A stretch of 64,000 nucleotides of DNA, taken from positions 100,938,001-101,002,000 of the forward strand of contig CM059432.1 of NCBI GenBank assembly GCA_030390025.1, in the 5' to 3' direction. Below are positions 50,507-64,000 of the stretch, piece by piece. The notes beneath the pieces were generated by a model that saw only the letters and a program-made list of their open reading frames with translations, searched no databases and had not been told where the DNA came from. Position 1 is the stretch's first letter, and the number at the start of each line of letters is the position of its first letter. This DNA is from Squalus acanthias. Its lineage: Eukaryota. A program made the translations under genes and the position numbers.

Positions 50507-53122
50507 AAGGAATGGCTTCCACTCAATAATGATGTATGTTACTTTGAACAGATTGCAATGAGCAGGTTGTGTATTATATAGCTGATGTGGATCCCAACAG
50601 AGAAAAGAGCACAAGAGAGGGTAAAGCTGAAGTGGTGCGAGTGTAAAATGGAGAGTTCTGAATGGAACAGCAACAATTGACAGACTGCTGCAGAAGTTGG
50701 CAGAGGAAAAGGAGACAGCGAAAGCCTAATGGAATCTTTGGCCAGCCAAGTTACAAATGACAGATTAACCTGTTTCAGCCATTCATTTAAACTAAAACAT
50801 TTATATTTTCTGATGAATGCACTTGAGTAATTAATAACTTATTAACTGATATTTATGTCACTAAATATTTTCAACACACATTGTGAAAAGACTTTGTTTG
50901 GGATATAAGAACGTAAGAAATAGGAGCAGGAGTAGGCCATACTGTCCCTCGAGCCTGCTCTAGCCATGACCTTATTGAATGGCAATCTTCTACATTAACT
51001 CCACTTTCCCGCCCTATCCCCATATATCTTCATTTCCCTTATTGCCCAAAAATCTATCGATCTCAGTCTTGAATACATTCAATGACTGAGAATCCACAGT
51101 CCTCTGGGGTAGAGAATTCCAAAGATTCACAACCCTCTGCATGAGAAATTTCTCCTCATCTCAGTCTTGAATGGCCGACCCTTCATCCTGAAACTATGAC
51201 CCTTAATTCTAGACTCTCCAACCCAAGGAAACAGCCTCTCAGCATCTACCCTGTCAAGCCCTCTAAGAGTTTTATATGTTTCAAAGGACATTTATTGATA
51301 TTCTTGCGCATGCAAAACTAGTGCATCAATAAAGACATCCTAGGTAGTGGCCAAATGCTGTATTCCACACATTTTAAGTAAAACATGGTTTGACAATAAT
51401 TAATGGAAAGGCATGTTGGTAGCTTCACTGGACTAGTTTGGCACAAGGCAAACTGAACACTAAATCAACGACTAGCATGGCAAAGCCCTGATCGATATGT
51501 ATTCCAGACCATTATTATCTCTTACAATACTTTTTATAATAACAGATAGTGACTTATATATTTTTTTAATGTATGCATTTGGTGTAGTGCAGCTTTAAAC
51601 AGACCAGCAGCCAACAAACTTGCCAGCACTTAGAAAAGTGTACACACATGGAGAGAATCAGAGAATACAGCTGAAGAATCTGTTAATTCTCAGTAAAGGA
51701 ATTTTACAATGCCATGGTGGCTACTATCACAGCACTGATCATTCTACCATGCTGCAATTTCTGATATGATCCTTCCATTTAAATACATCTGTCTCGAATG
51801 CCTGTTTTATTTTTGTGCATAAACACGTAAAATTCTTTAGTCTTATGGGCTTTACTTAAGAGGCCAGAAGAGTTGCATGAAACAAATGCTACTTTGCAAC
51901 TGATGACTGGGTTATTGCCAATAACAGTAGCACTGTGGTTTCCTCTCACTGGTAGATCACGAGTATCATGACTCAGACAACATTAATTGTTGTTTGAAGT
52001 GTTTCATCAGTTATATAAGTTTGTTCTTCTAGTCTGACTCACTGATTCTTTGCTGCATTTAGAAGCTTCTTTTCTCATTTAATGTATAAATAACTCATTA
52101 TGACACCCACTGACTTTACTCCAACTCCCTGTTCACCCTATGCCGTTCACCTCATGGACTGGGATGTTATAGTGTTTGAACTGAAGTCCAATCTTCTGAA
52201 GACCTAAAATGTCCAATCAATTGTAGGAGTACAAAGCACAGATAATACGGCCTGTGTCACTGGCTTTGATGATCACTGCATGGCAAATATTTTGCACAGA
52301 GACTTTTTTGGATAGAGTCCTCTTCCTATCTCCTATTATGTGCTCAATGCATCATGAACACCAGATTTAGTGTCACAATGTATTGGTATGCACTGCAAAA
52401 AACCTTCTGCTTTTTATCCATTGTGAAAGCAACTTGCATCCATAAAACAAATAGTTCAAAACAAATCTCAGAATAAGGGCTGAGATGAGGAGAAATTTCT
52501 TCACTCAGAGGGTGGTGAATCTTTGGAATTCTCTACCCCAGAGGGCTGTGGAGGCTCAGTTGTTGAGTATATTCAAAGAAAGAAAGAAAGACTTGCATTT
52601 ATATCGTGCCTTTCATGACCACTGGACGTCTCAAAGCGCTTTACAGCCAATGAAGTACTATTGGAGTGTAGTCACGGTTGTAAGACAGAGATCAATAGAT
52701 TTTTGGATATTAAGGGAATCAAGGGATAGTGCAGGAAAGTGGAGATGAGGTAGAAGATCAGCCAGGATCTTATTGAATGGCAGAGCAGGCTTGAGGGGCC
52801 AAATGACCTACTCCTGCTCCTATTTCTTATGGTCTTATGTTCTTATCACCCAAGTGAATCAGACCATGCTACTTTTTCATGTAATCCTACATTGTTGATT
52901 TTCTTTCTTTTTGTACCCTGATATTAACTATCTCACCATCTACTTTAGCCTGGGTGTGAAGAAATCTCATCTGATACCAGATGATATATGGCTTCAGTCA
53001 ATCCTCCTGCATGGCTTTTGCTCATCAGAAGCAGACAGTTCAATATAGCTATTTATTGACAAAATTGTTTTATTCTGTTTTAGTTGCCTGATGTTCCCGC
53101 TCTTTTTCTCCTAATGTTCAGT

Positions 53123-53622
53123 ACAACAACAACAACTTGTTTTTATATAGCGCCTTTAACGTAGTAAAAGGTCCCAAGCTGCACAGGAGTATTTTAAGAC
53201 AAAAAAATTTGACACCGATCCACATAAGGATAAATTAGGGCAGGTGACCAAAAGCTTGGTCAAAGAGGTAGGTTTTAAGGAGCGTCTTAAAGGAGGAAAA
53301 ACAGGTAGCGAGGCGGACAGGTTTAGGCAGGGAATTCCAGAGCTTAGGGCCTTGGCAGCTGAAGGCACGGCCACCAATGGTTGAGCGATTAAATTCAGGG
53401 ATGTTCAAGAGGGCAGAATTTGAGGAGCGCAGATATCTCGGGGGTGGGGGGGGGGGGGCTGGAGGAGATTACAGAGATAGGAAGGGGCGAGGCCATGGAG
53501 GGATTTGAAAACAGGGATGAGAATTTTGAAATCGAGGTGCTGCTTAACTGGGAGTCAATGTAGGTCAGCGAACACAGGGGTGATGGGCGAACGGGACTTG
53601 GTGCGAGTTAGGACATGGGCAG
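53123..53622 (-). mobile_element. L2 LINE 3' fragment
   Basis: (caa)n tail on + strand, then sequence collinear with 3951-4430 and 18275-18770. Confidence 0.9.
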
Positions 53623-54694
53623 CTGGCCACGACCCAGATCAAAATAATGAGCATGGCGAGCGTCAGCCGAGTGCGCCCCCTCGAGGAGGCGCTTAAAATT
53701 GATCTTTTTTTTTCAAGGACACAGGCACCAGTAGGCATGTTTTTAGAAAAAATTACATTAAAAAATAGTTAATTTACTAAGAAACTGTCTACTGTACACC
53801 AATGAAACTGGCAACGTGCTTCAGTTTAATGTTTTCTATAGTTTGGCGTGCTCCTTGCTGATAATTACAAAGTGCTGTAATTCCTGTCTTCTTTATATCC
53901 AAGAAGCATGAAAACATATCTCCAGTGCAATTTTGCCAGCATTAGTGTTGATGAAGTCTTTTGTCATGGCGGTGAATCATATACCTGTCTCCAGCCTCCA
54001 CTTGTTACTTTGTTATTGCAGTAATAGTTTCATAATATGTGTCAAGAGTTCATGTGCACCATGAATTTGATAACAAAACTATCACAAATATTTTGAATGA
54101 TAGAGTAAGAAGTCCCTTTTCCTTTTTTGACTATTTATCCTTCACACTGAAGAGGTCATCTATTGGCATTGCAGTTCTGACCAGATTCAATGGATTCATC
54201 CTGTTGTTGAACCAAAGTCCACATATCTTTTAAAAGGGAATTGCATCATTGCTTGAAATAGAGGAGTATTAAAGCATATAGAGAGCAAGCAGAGAGTGAG
54301 AATAGACTAGGTAACTTATGTGGAAGAAATCAATGACACAGACTTGATAGGCGAGCTAGCCTTTTTCTGTGTAGTAACACTCTCTGATCTACCTAGGTAC
54401 AGTTAAATTTACTCTTGGCCCATTTTACAATGAACTTGGTGCAACTATCTGTTGCCTGCTCAGGGAGCTTCCATCTTTCCTTAAAGTTTTTTCATAATGC
54501 ATATATAATACTAATGAGACCCAACACTGATTATATATGATACCATTTGACATGTGCTGGAAAATTCCCTAACCATATCCTGTTTCTCTGCAGACCTCTA
54601 TTCACCCACATATAATGCATAAATTCCATAATTTGCATCCTCACCCTAACTTGACTCAGAAGATCCAAATAACCTGAACAAAACATAAATACAA

Positions 54695-55409
54695 GGCCTA
54701 GAGTTTCCGCTAGGGTCCGTTGGTTTTATCAGCGCAATCCGGCTGAAATCGGCCAAACCAGCGCAAAAGATCGCAAGTTACGTCAAGTGTAAATCGAGTT
54801 TCCGCGATCGTTTACGCTAGTTTAAAAAACATTGCGCCAGAAGCCGTCCCCGCCCACAAAACTGGCCACAACCCAGATCAAAATAATGAGCATGGCGAGT
54901 TTCAGCCGAGTGCGCCCCCTCGAGGAGGCGCTTCAAATTGTTTTTTTTTAGGGACACAGGCACCAGTAGGCAAGTTTTTAAAAAAACATTACGTTAAAAA
55001 ATAGTTAATTTACTAAGAAACTGACTACTGTACATCAATGAAACTAGTAAATGGTTCAGTATAGTTTATTTAAACTCATTTTCAGTTATTCAAAATTGGG
55101 TTTCTCACAGGTGGTGGATAGACACTGATTAAAAATGCTTATTTTTTGTGATAAACCCATTTTCAGCTGTATTCATAAAACTGCACCAGGTTACCACTCT
55201 TAAATACATCAAGGGCTAATTTTTAATGCAAAGGAAAAAAAACGATTACGTTCTATTATACTGCTCGATTGCGCTGGTTCAGGGAAGATTTTATGTTTGT
55301 GATTATGCAAATGATTTTGTGCAGAAATTTGAACCATAACTTCACTTCGGAATAACAGCACAATTTGCGCCCAGTTTCCCGATTGCACCCAAAGCAGAAA
55401 CTCAACCGC
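54695..55409. mobile_element. TIR element (gagtttccgct family)
   Basis: ggcctagagtttccgct / agcagaaactcaaccgc; internal similarity to 42876-43803 and 53623-53809. Confidence 0.75.
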
Positions 55410-55959
55410 AAATACCTGTAAGACACCAAAACAATTGCAAATTTGGAGTACAGTGTATGGTCCCTTCACCCAGCCACACACACACTTAAATGTAATTATT
55501 GGTGTGAGTACACCAACCTGAGGCGTGGCAAATAGATCAGTTTCAACAGCGTTGTGATGTTGTGAACAATAACCAACATTTTGGCTTCAGGTGCTCTACA
55601 AACATCAACAGAATCCTACTCAGCCAGCTATTTAAGGGCACGTTACCTGAAATGGTTTAGGCGCACAAGCAAAGATGATTCTCGGTGTCAAGTACGAGGA
55701 AAAGTTAGGCATGCTTTCTTCACCAGAAAGGAGAGTTAAAGCTGATCAAACGGAAGTTTTCCAGCACATGAATGGTTCAAGATCATGAACAGAATCAACA
55801 AAATTGACACAGGAAAATTGTTGGTTGAATGATTCAATGGGGAAACAAACTAAGGACAAGGAAGTTAGGAGTAAAAAGGCAAGCACACCTTTGTCACTTA
55901 AAGGGTGATAGATTTGTGAAAATAATTATCTAGGAAGGCTGTTGAAGCAAATATTATAT

Positions 55960-56288
55960 CAGTTTGGCTTGGTTAGTAACACTTCCGACAGAGTTTGAGT
56001 GCATAATTTAGGCTAATACTCCAATGTAGTACTGATGGAATGTTGTGTTGGAAGCGTCTTTAGGGTGAAATGCTAATCTGAGGACACATCTGTCTGTGCA
56101 GATGGTTCAAGGAGACACTGAACATCCCATGGCAGCATTTTATCCCACAGTCAACATTGACTGGTCAGATTCACATCGGATGTTTGGCTGCATTTGGCTA
56201 CAGAAATTATTGCATTTAAGAGTAATTTATTGTGTAGAGCTCTTTGTGATTTTTTAGCATGGAAAGTACTTTACAAATATTATTATTG
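55960..56288 (+). mobile_element. Decayed DeuSINE-like SINE
   Basis: gtagtactgatggaatg..gtcttt.gg.tga.a.g.taa.c.gagg..atcccatggca blocks recall the Deu-domain consensus (from memory); L2-like tail. Confidence 0.5.
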
Positions 56289-56399
56289 GATGTGTTTCTG
56301 AAAAGAAAATGGATTGAGGGAAAAGGCAAGATTGATATTTGAAAGACAGCTTGAGGCTAATGTCTATTTCTGATTTTGGATTCGGCATTCTAACATTAA

Positions 56400-57051
56400 T
56401 GGGGAAAAATTGGGTTGATTTGTGCCTCCCGTTAACGCCCCGAGGGGGTGCTAACAGGGCGCAAAACACCTAGCGCCCGGGCGCGGCACTGCTAACGCCT
56501 CCCACGAAATTCAGCAGGAGGTTAGCAGCGGCGGTAGCGCCCTGCGGAGCTGCGTCTCCGGCAACGACATCATCGCCGTGCGCAGCGCCCCGGCCGCAAA
56601 CTTCACTCACGACCCCTGACCTACCGCCGGACGCTATGTCCGACAGGGTCAGGGTGCCGAGTTTGCAGCCGCGGCGGCACAAATTAAAGGGCAGATGCCG
56701 GGCCGCCATTTTTTTTGGGCCGCCTGCCAGCACCTGCCCCCTCTGGCCTCCTCCTGCAGGTTGCCGGCTGAGATCGGGCTCTTTTCCCGGCACCCCGCAC
56801 CCCGGTGGTCCGGCAGGGCCCCGGTGCACGCTGCACTAGGCCCCTTCCATTAATCAGGAGAGGGAGGCCTGTAATATCGCGGCGCTATGTGCCTACGTGT
56901 GTGGCGCTGTTGCATGTAGTACCGCGATATTGAATGGTAGCGCCAGCGCTTCTAGTAGCGCCCCGCTTACTGCTTGGGGCGCGGGAGCGCTAACTTTTTT
57001 GGGCCGCTAAAAGTAGCGCCCCGGCGAAGTTAGCTCCCCAATTTTTGCCCC
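56400..57051. mobile_element. CpG-rich PIF/Harbinger-like MITE, TSD TAA
   Basis: tggggaaaaattggg / cccaatttttgcccc; taa at 56397-56399 and 57052-57054; repeated (t)agcgcc subterminal motifs as in 11417-12300. Confidence 0.82.
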
Positions 57052-57227
57052 TAAATATTGATCTACCAGCATTTCACTGTCAATCTAACCAGATAGGTAT
57101 ACATTTTTATTAAACAATATACATCTGTATTTATTATCCTTTCACATTTTTTATTAAAGCAATCATTTTTTGGGGAATTATATTTCTTAGTGAATTTAAA
57201 TTTCTGTTGACCTTCCTTATCGCCTTC

Positions 57228-60200
57228 CATAGAAACATAGATGATAGGAGCAGGAGTAGGCCATTCGGCCCCTCGAGCCTGCTCCGCCATTCAATGAGAT
57301 CATGGCTGATCATCCAAACTCAGTACCCTGTACCTGCCTTCTCCCCATATCCCTTGATACCTTTAGCTTTAAGAAATATATCTAACTCATTCTTGAATAT
57401 ATTTAATGACTTGGCCTCAACTACCTTCTGTGGTAGAGAATTCCACAGGTTCACCACTCTCTCGGTGAAGAAATTCTTCCTCATTTCTGTCCTAAATGGC
57501 TTACCCCTTATCCTTAGATTATGACCCCTGGTTCTGGACTCTCCGACCATCGGGAACATTCTTCCTGCATCTAGTTTGTCCAGACCTGTCAGAATTTTAT
57601 ATGTTTCGATGAGATCCCCTCTCATTCTTCTATACTCCAGCGAGTATAAGCCCAATCGACCTAATCTCTCCTCATATGTCATTCCTGCTATGAAGGCCAA
57701 CATACCATTTGCCTTCTTCACCGCCTGCTGCACCTGCATGCTTACTTTCAGCGACTGGTGCACAAGGACACCCAGGTCTCGTTGCACTTCCCCTTCTCCC
57801 AATCTATTGCCATTCAGATAATAGTCTGCCTTTCTGTTTTTGACACCAAAGTGGATAACCTCGCATTTATCCACATTATATTGCATCTGCCACGCTTCTG
57901 CCCACTCACCCAACCTGTCCAAATCATCCTGGAGTTTCTCGCTATCCTCCTCGCAGCACACACTCCCACCCAGCTTTGTGTCATCTGCAAACTTGGAGAT
58001 ATTACATTTAGTTCCCTTATCTAGATCATTAATGTATATTGTGAATAGCTGGGGTCCAAGGACCGATCCCTGCGGTACCCCACTAGTCACTGCTTGCCAC
58101 TCGGAAAAAGACCCATTAATTCCTACTCTCTGCTTTCTGTCCGCCAACCAGTTCTCTATCCAAGTCAATACCTTGCCCCCAATCCCATGTGCCTTAACTT
58201 TACACGCTAATCTCTTATGCGGGACCTTATCGAAAGCCTTTTGAGAGTCCAAATACACCACATCTACTGGTTCTCCCTTATCTATTTTCCCAGTTACATC
58301 CTCAAAAAATTCCAGTAGATTAGTCAAGCACGATTTACCTTTTGTAAATCCATGTTGACTTTGTCCGATCCTGTCACTGTTTTTCAAGTGCTCAGCTATT
58401 ACATCCTTTATAATGGACTCTAGCATTTTCCCCACTCCCGATGTCAGGCTGTAATTCCCCACTTTCTCTCTGCCACCCTTTTTGAATAGTGGAGTAACAT
58501 TAGCTACCCTCCAATCCATGGGTACAGTTCCAGATTCCATCGAATGTTGGAAGATGATCAGCAATGCATCTACTATTTCTAGGGCCACTTCCTTAAGTAC
58601 CCTAGGATGTAGATTATCAGGCCCTGGGGATTTATCGGCCTTCAATCCCGTCAATTTCCCTAACACCATTTCCCTGCAAATACTGATTTCTTTCAGTTCC
58701 TCCCTTTCATCAGACCGTATGTTCTCCAACATCTCTGGAGGTTATTTGTGTCCTCCTTTGTGAAGACAGAACCAAAATATGCATTTAATTGGTCTGCCAT
58801 TTCTTTGTTCCCCATTATAACTTCCCCCGCTTCTGACTGCAAGGGACCTACACTTGATTTCACTAATCTTTTTCTCTTCACATATCTATAAAAGCTCTTA
58901 CAGTCAGTTTTTATGTTCCCAGCAAGCTTACTTTCATATTCTATTTTCTCCTTCTTAATTAATCCCTTTGTCCTCCTTTGTTGAATCCTAAACTGCTCCC
59001 AATCCTCAGGGTTACCACTTTTTCTGGCCAATTTATATGCCCTCTTCTTGAATCTTATGCTAGCCCTAATTTCCCTTGTTAGCCACAGTTGAGTCACCCT
59101 TTTTGTTTTATTCTAATGCCACACTGGGATGAACAAATTCTGTAGTTCATCCATGCAGTCTTTGAATGTTTGCCATTGCCTATCCACCGTCAACCCCTTG
59201 AGTGACCTTCCCCAATCAATCCTACCCAATTCGCGCCTCATACCATCGTAGTTTCCTTTATTTAAATTCAGGACCCTAGTCTCTGATTCAACTACTTCAC
59301 TCTCCATCCTAATGAAGAATTCTATCATATTATGATCACTCTGACCCAAGATTGCTAATTAATCCTTTCTCGTTGCATAATACCCAGTCTAAGATGGCCT
59401 GATCTCTGGTTGGTTCCTCGACATATTGTTCCAGAAAACCATCCCGTAAACATTCTAGGAATTCCTCCTCCACAGTATTTTTACTAATTTGGTTAGCCCA
59501 ATCTATATGTAAATTAAAGTCACCCGTGCTGACTGCTGTGCCCTTACTGCATGCTTCTCTAATTTTCCTTTTAATGCCGTCCCCAACCCCCGTATTACTG
59601 TTTGGAGGTCTCTATACCACTCCCACTAACGTTTTCTGCCCCTTGTTATTTCTCAGTTCTACCCATACAGATTCCGCATCATCAGAGCTAATATCCTTCC
59701 TTTCAATTGTGTTAATCCCCTCTTTAACCAGCAATGCTACCCCACCTCCCTTTCTTTTTTGCCTATCTTTCCTAAATATTGAATAACCCTGGATGTTGAG
59801 TTCCCAGCCTTGGCCACCCTGGAGCCATGTTTCTGTAATCCCAATCAAATCGTATTCATTTACCTCTATTTGCGCAGCTAATTCATCCACCTTGTTCCAA
59901 ATGCTCCTTGCATTAAGACACAAAGCCTTCAGGCTTGTTTTTTTAACGCTCTCAGACCTATATGAATTATTATTTACTGTGACCATGTTTGATTTAAACC
60001 GTTGAGTTCTTTGCCTTCTACTTTTGTTTTTCTCCTTCCTGTCTTTAGCTTTTATCCTTGTTTCCCTTTCCTCTGTCTCCCTGCTCAGGTTCCCAACCCC
60101 CTGCCACTTTAGTTTAAACCTTCCCCAACAGCACTAGCAAACACTCCCCCTAGGACATCGGTCCCGGCCCTGCCCAGGTGCAGACCATCCCATTTGTACT

Positions 60201-60825
60201 GGTCCCACCTCCCCCAAAACCGGTTCCAATGTCCAAGGAATTTGAATCCCTCCCCCTTGCACCATTCCTCTAGCCACGTATTCATTTGAAATATCCTCCT
60301 ATTTCTACTCTGACTAGCACGTGGCACTGGTAGCAATCCTGAGATTACTACCTTTTGAGGTCCTATTTTTTAATTTACCTCCTAACTCCCTATATTCTGC
60401 TTTTAGGACCTCATCCCATTTTTTACCTATATCGTTGATGCCTATGTGCACCACGACAACTGGCTGTTCGCCCTCCCCCTCCAAGATGTTCTGTAGCCGC
60501 TCCGAGACGTCCTTGACCCTTGCACCAGGGAGGCAACACACCATCCTGGAGTCTCGTTTGCGGCCGCAGAAACGCCTATCTATTCCCCTTACAATTGAAT
60601 CCCCTATCACTATAGCTCTTCCACACTTTTTCCTCTCAGCCTGTGCAGCAGAGCCACCCATGGTGCCAGGAAGTTGGCTGCTGCCGCCTTCCCCTGATAA
60701 GTCATCCCCCCCAACAGCATCCAAAGTGGTATATCTGTTTGAGAGGGGGATGGCCACAGGGGACCCCTGCACTACCTGCCTGCACCTCTTACTCTGCCTG
60801 GTGGTCACCCATTCACTTCCTGCCT
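57228..60825 (-). mobile_element. Longest CR1 copy: ORF1 (SGNH esterase-like) + ORF2 (endonuclease, RT) + 3' UTR; defective
   Basis: ORF1: IVIGDSIVRG, CCLPGA, VVVHIGINDI, WDGLHL. ORF2: [24 protein letters not shown]. Same subfamily as 8525-12626. Confidence 0.96.
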
Positions 60826-62049
60826 TTCCCTTACAGCAAATACTGTTGTTCTGAAATCTGTTACTTGAATAGTTTTTTCTGCATTGTCCCTTATTTCTCC
60901 GTCTTTAAAACACATTTATTTTCAATCCCAAAGCTATTGTGTCCTCGATTTATCTTTATTTCTTTCCATCACTGACCAGATTATTGAGCACCAGAATGTT
61001 ATCTGTATAGCCATAATGTCATCCATGAAAAATGCACTTCGACACAAAAGCAACAATAGCAGGCAGCATATTGACTCTTTGCTCAGTGAACTGCACAAAT
61101 AAAAAGACCAGCAGCTTGCTGCACCTTATTCAGGATATGCCATAGCCACCATCATCCATAATGGGGGAAAACCATTACGTAACTCACTTTTTGAACACTT
61201 GCTGAGCAGAATTTCCATTAAAGAAATGCACATCTACAGAGTTTAAGAACCTATAGTAAGTGTTCACTCAAGCTTAACTGGATCCAAATGAACAGAGGCC
61301 AGATAACCATATGTTCCGTATTCACATACAGTGAAGACTTTACAGGAGTAAGGATTGCAAAAACCAACCCCAAGAATCAACCAAGACAAAAGTTATTTCA
61401 ATGTGATGGGATGATGCAGCTGCCTAATATTAACAACTATGTATTTATTGAGGAAATATTGTTAAACTAATTACTTACAAAATCTTAAATTATGATAGAT
61501 GTAAGACATTAAATATATTATTGTAACTGAACCTAAAATGCAAACCAGTTTTCATGCATACCGCTTCTATGAACACAATTGATTGAACCATATATCAAAA
61601 ATGATCACAGCCAGTAGAGGTATGCAGGTAATTAATTAGCTCCTCAATAACAGACCAGGGACAAGCTATTAGTATTTTCTATAAGCATGAAAATGCTCTT
61701 CATGCACTGTGCCTGGATCGTTAAAATCTAACAACAGTATTAAATATCTGGATGTCCAAAGGAAAGATTGGAATTCTCTGAACTATGATAGTTATATGTC
61801 ATGTACGACATACTGGTACTGTTGCTTTAAGAGTGTTCTGGAATCACTAAATATTGTCTATCATATACTTCACGTAAGTACCGAACAGAAGAAAACAGGA
61901 CCAAGTCAATAGCTGTACTTGAAGTAAAAGGCCTTCCCCTAAACTTTAGTTTTTTTTATTAACATGGGATAGAAATTGGACCTCGTTGCACCCGTTTTAC
62001 AGACTTAACCAGGCGAAATGAGGCCCAATTTTGGGGACCAACGTACTGC

Positions 62050-62650
62050 GCCCCAAGGACACAGGCAAGGCTGTCTTTATTGCCCATCCCCAGTTGCATT
62101 GAGTAGAGGCAACATATGCTCAAAGTCAGAATGGTTTGTGACTTGGAGGTGATGGTGTTCCCATGACATTGCTGCTCTTGTCCTTCCCAGTGATAAAAGT
62201 TACAAGGCTAGGAGATGTTGGTGAAGTAAGCTTGGCGAGTTGATGCAGTGCATCCTATACATAGTGAAGTGGTGGTGAAGGGAATTTGGTGACAGAGGCA
62301 CCAATTGAGCAGACTGTTTTGTTCTGGATGGTGTCTGGACTGTTGTTGTGGCTGCACCCATCTAGGCTAGTGGTGAGAATTGCATCACAGTCCTAACTTA
62401 AGCCTTGTGATCAATGTGATCAACATGTCACAGAGTATCCAGCCTTTAACCTGCTCTTGTAGCCAAGATTTAAAAAAATGTATTCTTGGGATGTTGGAGT
62501 CGCTGATAAGGCCAGCATCTATTGCCCATCCCTAGTTGCCCTGAGAAGTTGGTGGTAGACCTTCTTCTTTAACCATTGGTAGTGGTTTGATACAATTGAG
62601 TGGCTTACTAGGTCACTTCAGAGGGCAGTTAAGAATCAACCACACTGGTG
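62050..62650 (-). mobile_element. Decayed LINE/SINE 3' fragments (attgcccatccc.agttgc family), two adjacent copies
   Basis: The motif tattgcccatccc.agttgc occurs at about 62078 and 62520; family assignment uncertain. Confidence 0.45.
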
Positions 62651-62964
62651 TGGGTCTGCAGCCTGTGCCAGAGCAGTGAACGACAGACCGCAACTTCAGG
62701 ATTTCCGCATGTGCCAAATCCCGAAGTTGCGGTCAGTTTCAAAGGTGGAATGACGACGAACGCTGCCAGTTCGCCGTCATCCCAACCGCAAGTTCCGGGC
62801 CAATGTATATAAATTAAAATAATGGTATATACATATGGAAATAGTAGTACTGGGTAAATAAACAGATTCTGTGTAATTTTATTTCTGTGACTGAACTATT
62901 TACATATTTTTTTTAACCATTCTTACATTTAACCGTATCATTTCCTTAATCCCAGTGTTCAAAG

Positions 62965-63532
62965 TGGAGTGATTTTAACCCTACCTGCCCAGTGGAAACC
63001 TGATGGATGGGCAGTTAAAATGACCTGGGTTACTTACCTGCCATTTCCAATTTTAACAAATGCTTCTGGACAGGTGGCTAAGCTGGCAAGGTCCAAATTT
63101 ACATATGCTAATCGAGGTCTGATCAGCCTGAGTGGTGAAGGCCTGCATGAAGAGGATTGTGGTGTTGAAGAGGCCCTCCTGGTAATACTTTTTAACTTTT
63201 CTTTATGCGCCTCCAGACCCAGAAAGAAAATTTAGGAATCCCCTGCCCCAGACTCTGCCCATGCCCCCCACCTCGCTCCCCCACAACTACGAGAACCTCT
63301 TCTCTACACTTACCCGGGTGCCAGCAGGCTGCCCGATTTTCCAAAGGCCAGCAGCTGCTGCTTCCTGCCCGCTTCCGGCTATTCCGGGTGGGAAGAGGGA
63401 CAGTGGCATGTTAATGAGGCCAGGCGTTTAAAATTGGTGTGGCCTCATTCTGCCGTGGGCCAGGGTTGGTGGGGGACTAATTGAAGCCAACAATTTCCTG
63501 CCAGAAACCTGTTGACAGTTAAAATCCCCTCC
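62965..63532. mobile_element. TIR element related to 5822-7250
   Basis: tggagtgattttaac / gttaaaatcccctcc. Confidence 0.65.
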
Positions 63533-64000
63533 AAACTAGTATATAGTCACATAATACTGCAGTAGAAAGAGAACCCAATATTACCTACTCAAAAAATAAA
63601 GATAAAAGTAAATAATTTTCAAAACTTATATCAGTAACTAAAAAAATGATAAAGCAAATTAATATTGTATATTCTCATAAAATGCATGAGGATCAAGGGA
63701 TATGGGGATAGTTCAGGAAAGTGGAGATGAGGTAGAAGATCAGCCATGATCTTATTGAATGGTGGAGCAAGCTCGAGGGGCCGAATGGCCTACTCCTGCT
63801 CCTATTTCTTATGTTCTTATGCATGTAAAAAATATATAGTATTCGGGCCATTTGATGGCTCAACAGGATGGAACTTTGTCCTCATACATCGGGATCTGAC
63901 TTTGAATCTAGCCCAGAATAATGAGATAAAAGCTTCACTGCATGCCAAGAGTAAGGTCTGAAATGAATGAGTTTGGGTAGTCTTAACACAGTTCCTTTGG

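Noticed and set aside
56400..57051. CpG-island promoter
   Set aside because: The CpG-rich span coincides exactly with a TIR/TSD-bounded transposon.

Overview
Eukaryotic, repeat-dominated vertebrate DNA, most likely from a cartilaginous fish (inferred from the repeat families, not proven). The only host coding sequence I can support is one 122-bp minus-strand exon (41534-41655) encoding the start of a CUB domain that matches CSMD3 (from recall), so the window appears to be two long introns of csmd3. The rest is layered transposon sequence: many CR1 LINE copies (RT, APE endonuclease, SGNH-esterase ORF1), L2 LINE 3' fragments, several SINEs, at least a dozen GG...CC terminal-inverted-repeat elements (most with 3-bp TSDs, some with Myb/SANT-like relics; PIF/Harbinger-type), one hAT-type MITE, and Penelope-like (GIY-YIG) fragments. 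The most interesting signals are: (1) minimal hammerhead ribozymes in the Penelope-like terminal repeats, three intact and one decayed, all antisense to the host gene, with 12-bp TSDs on three insertions; (2) a 273-bp near-perfect inverted duplication; (3) an 86-bp loopless palindrome; (4) inverted CR1 copies bracketing the single exon; (5) a 16-bp motif-dense minisatellite; (6) exact short templated insertions. There is no CRISPR array or prokaryotic system. I see no evidence for a wholly new system. The ribozyme-bearing Penelope family is a known class, though this instance may be unannotated. Repeat boundaries without a TSD are approximate.
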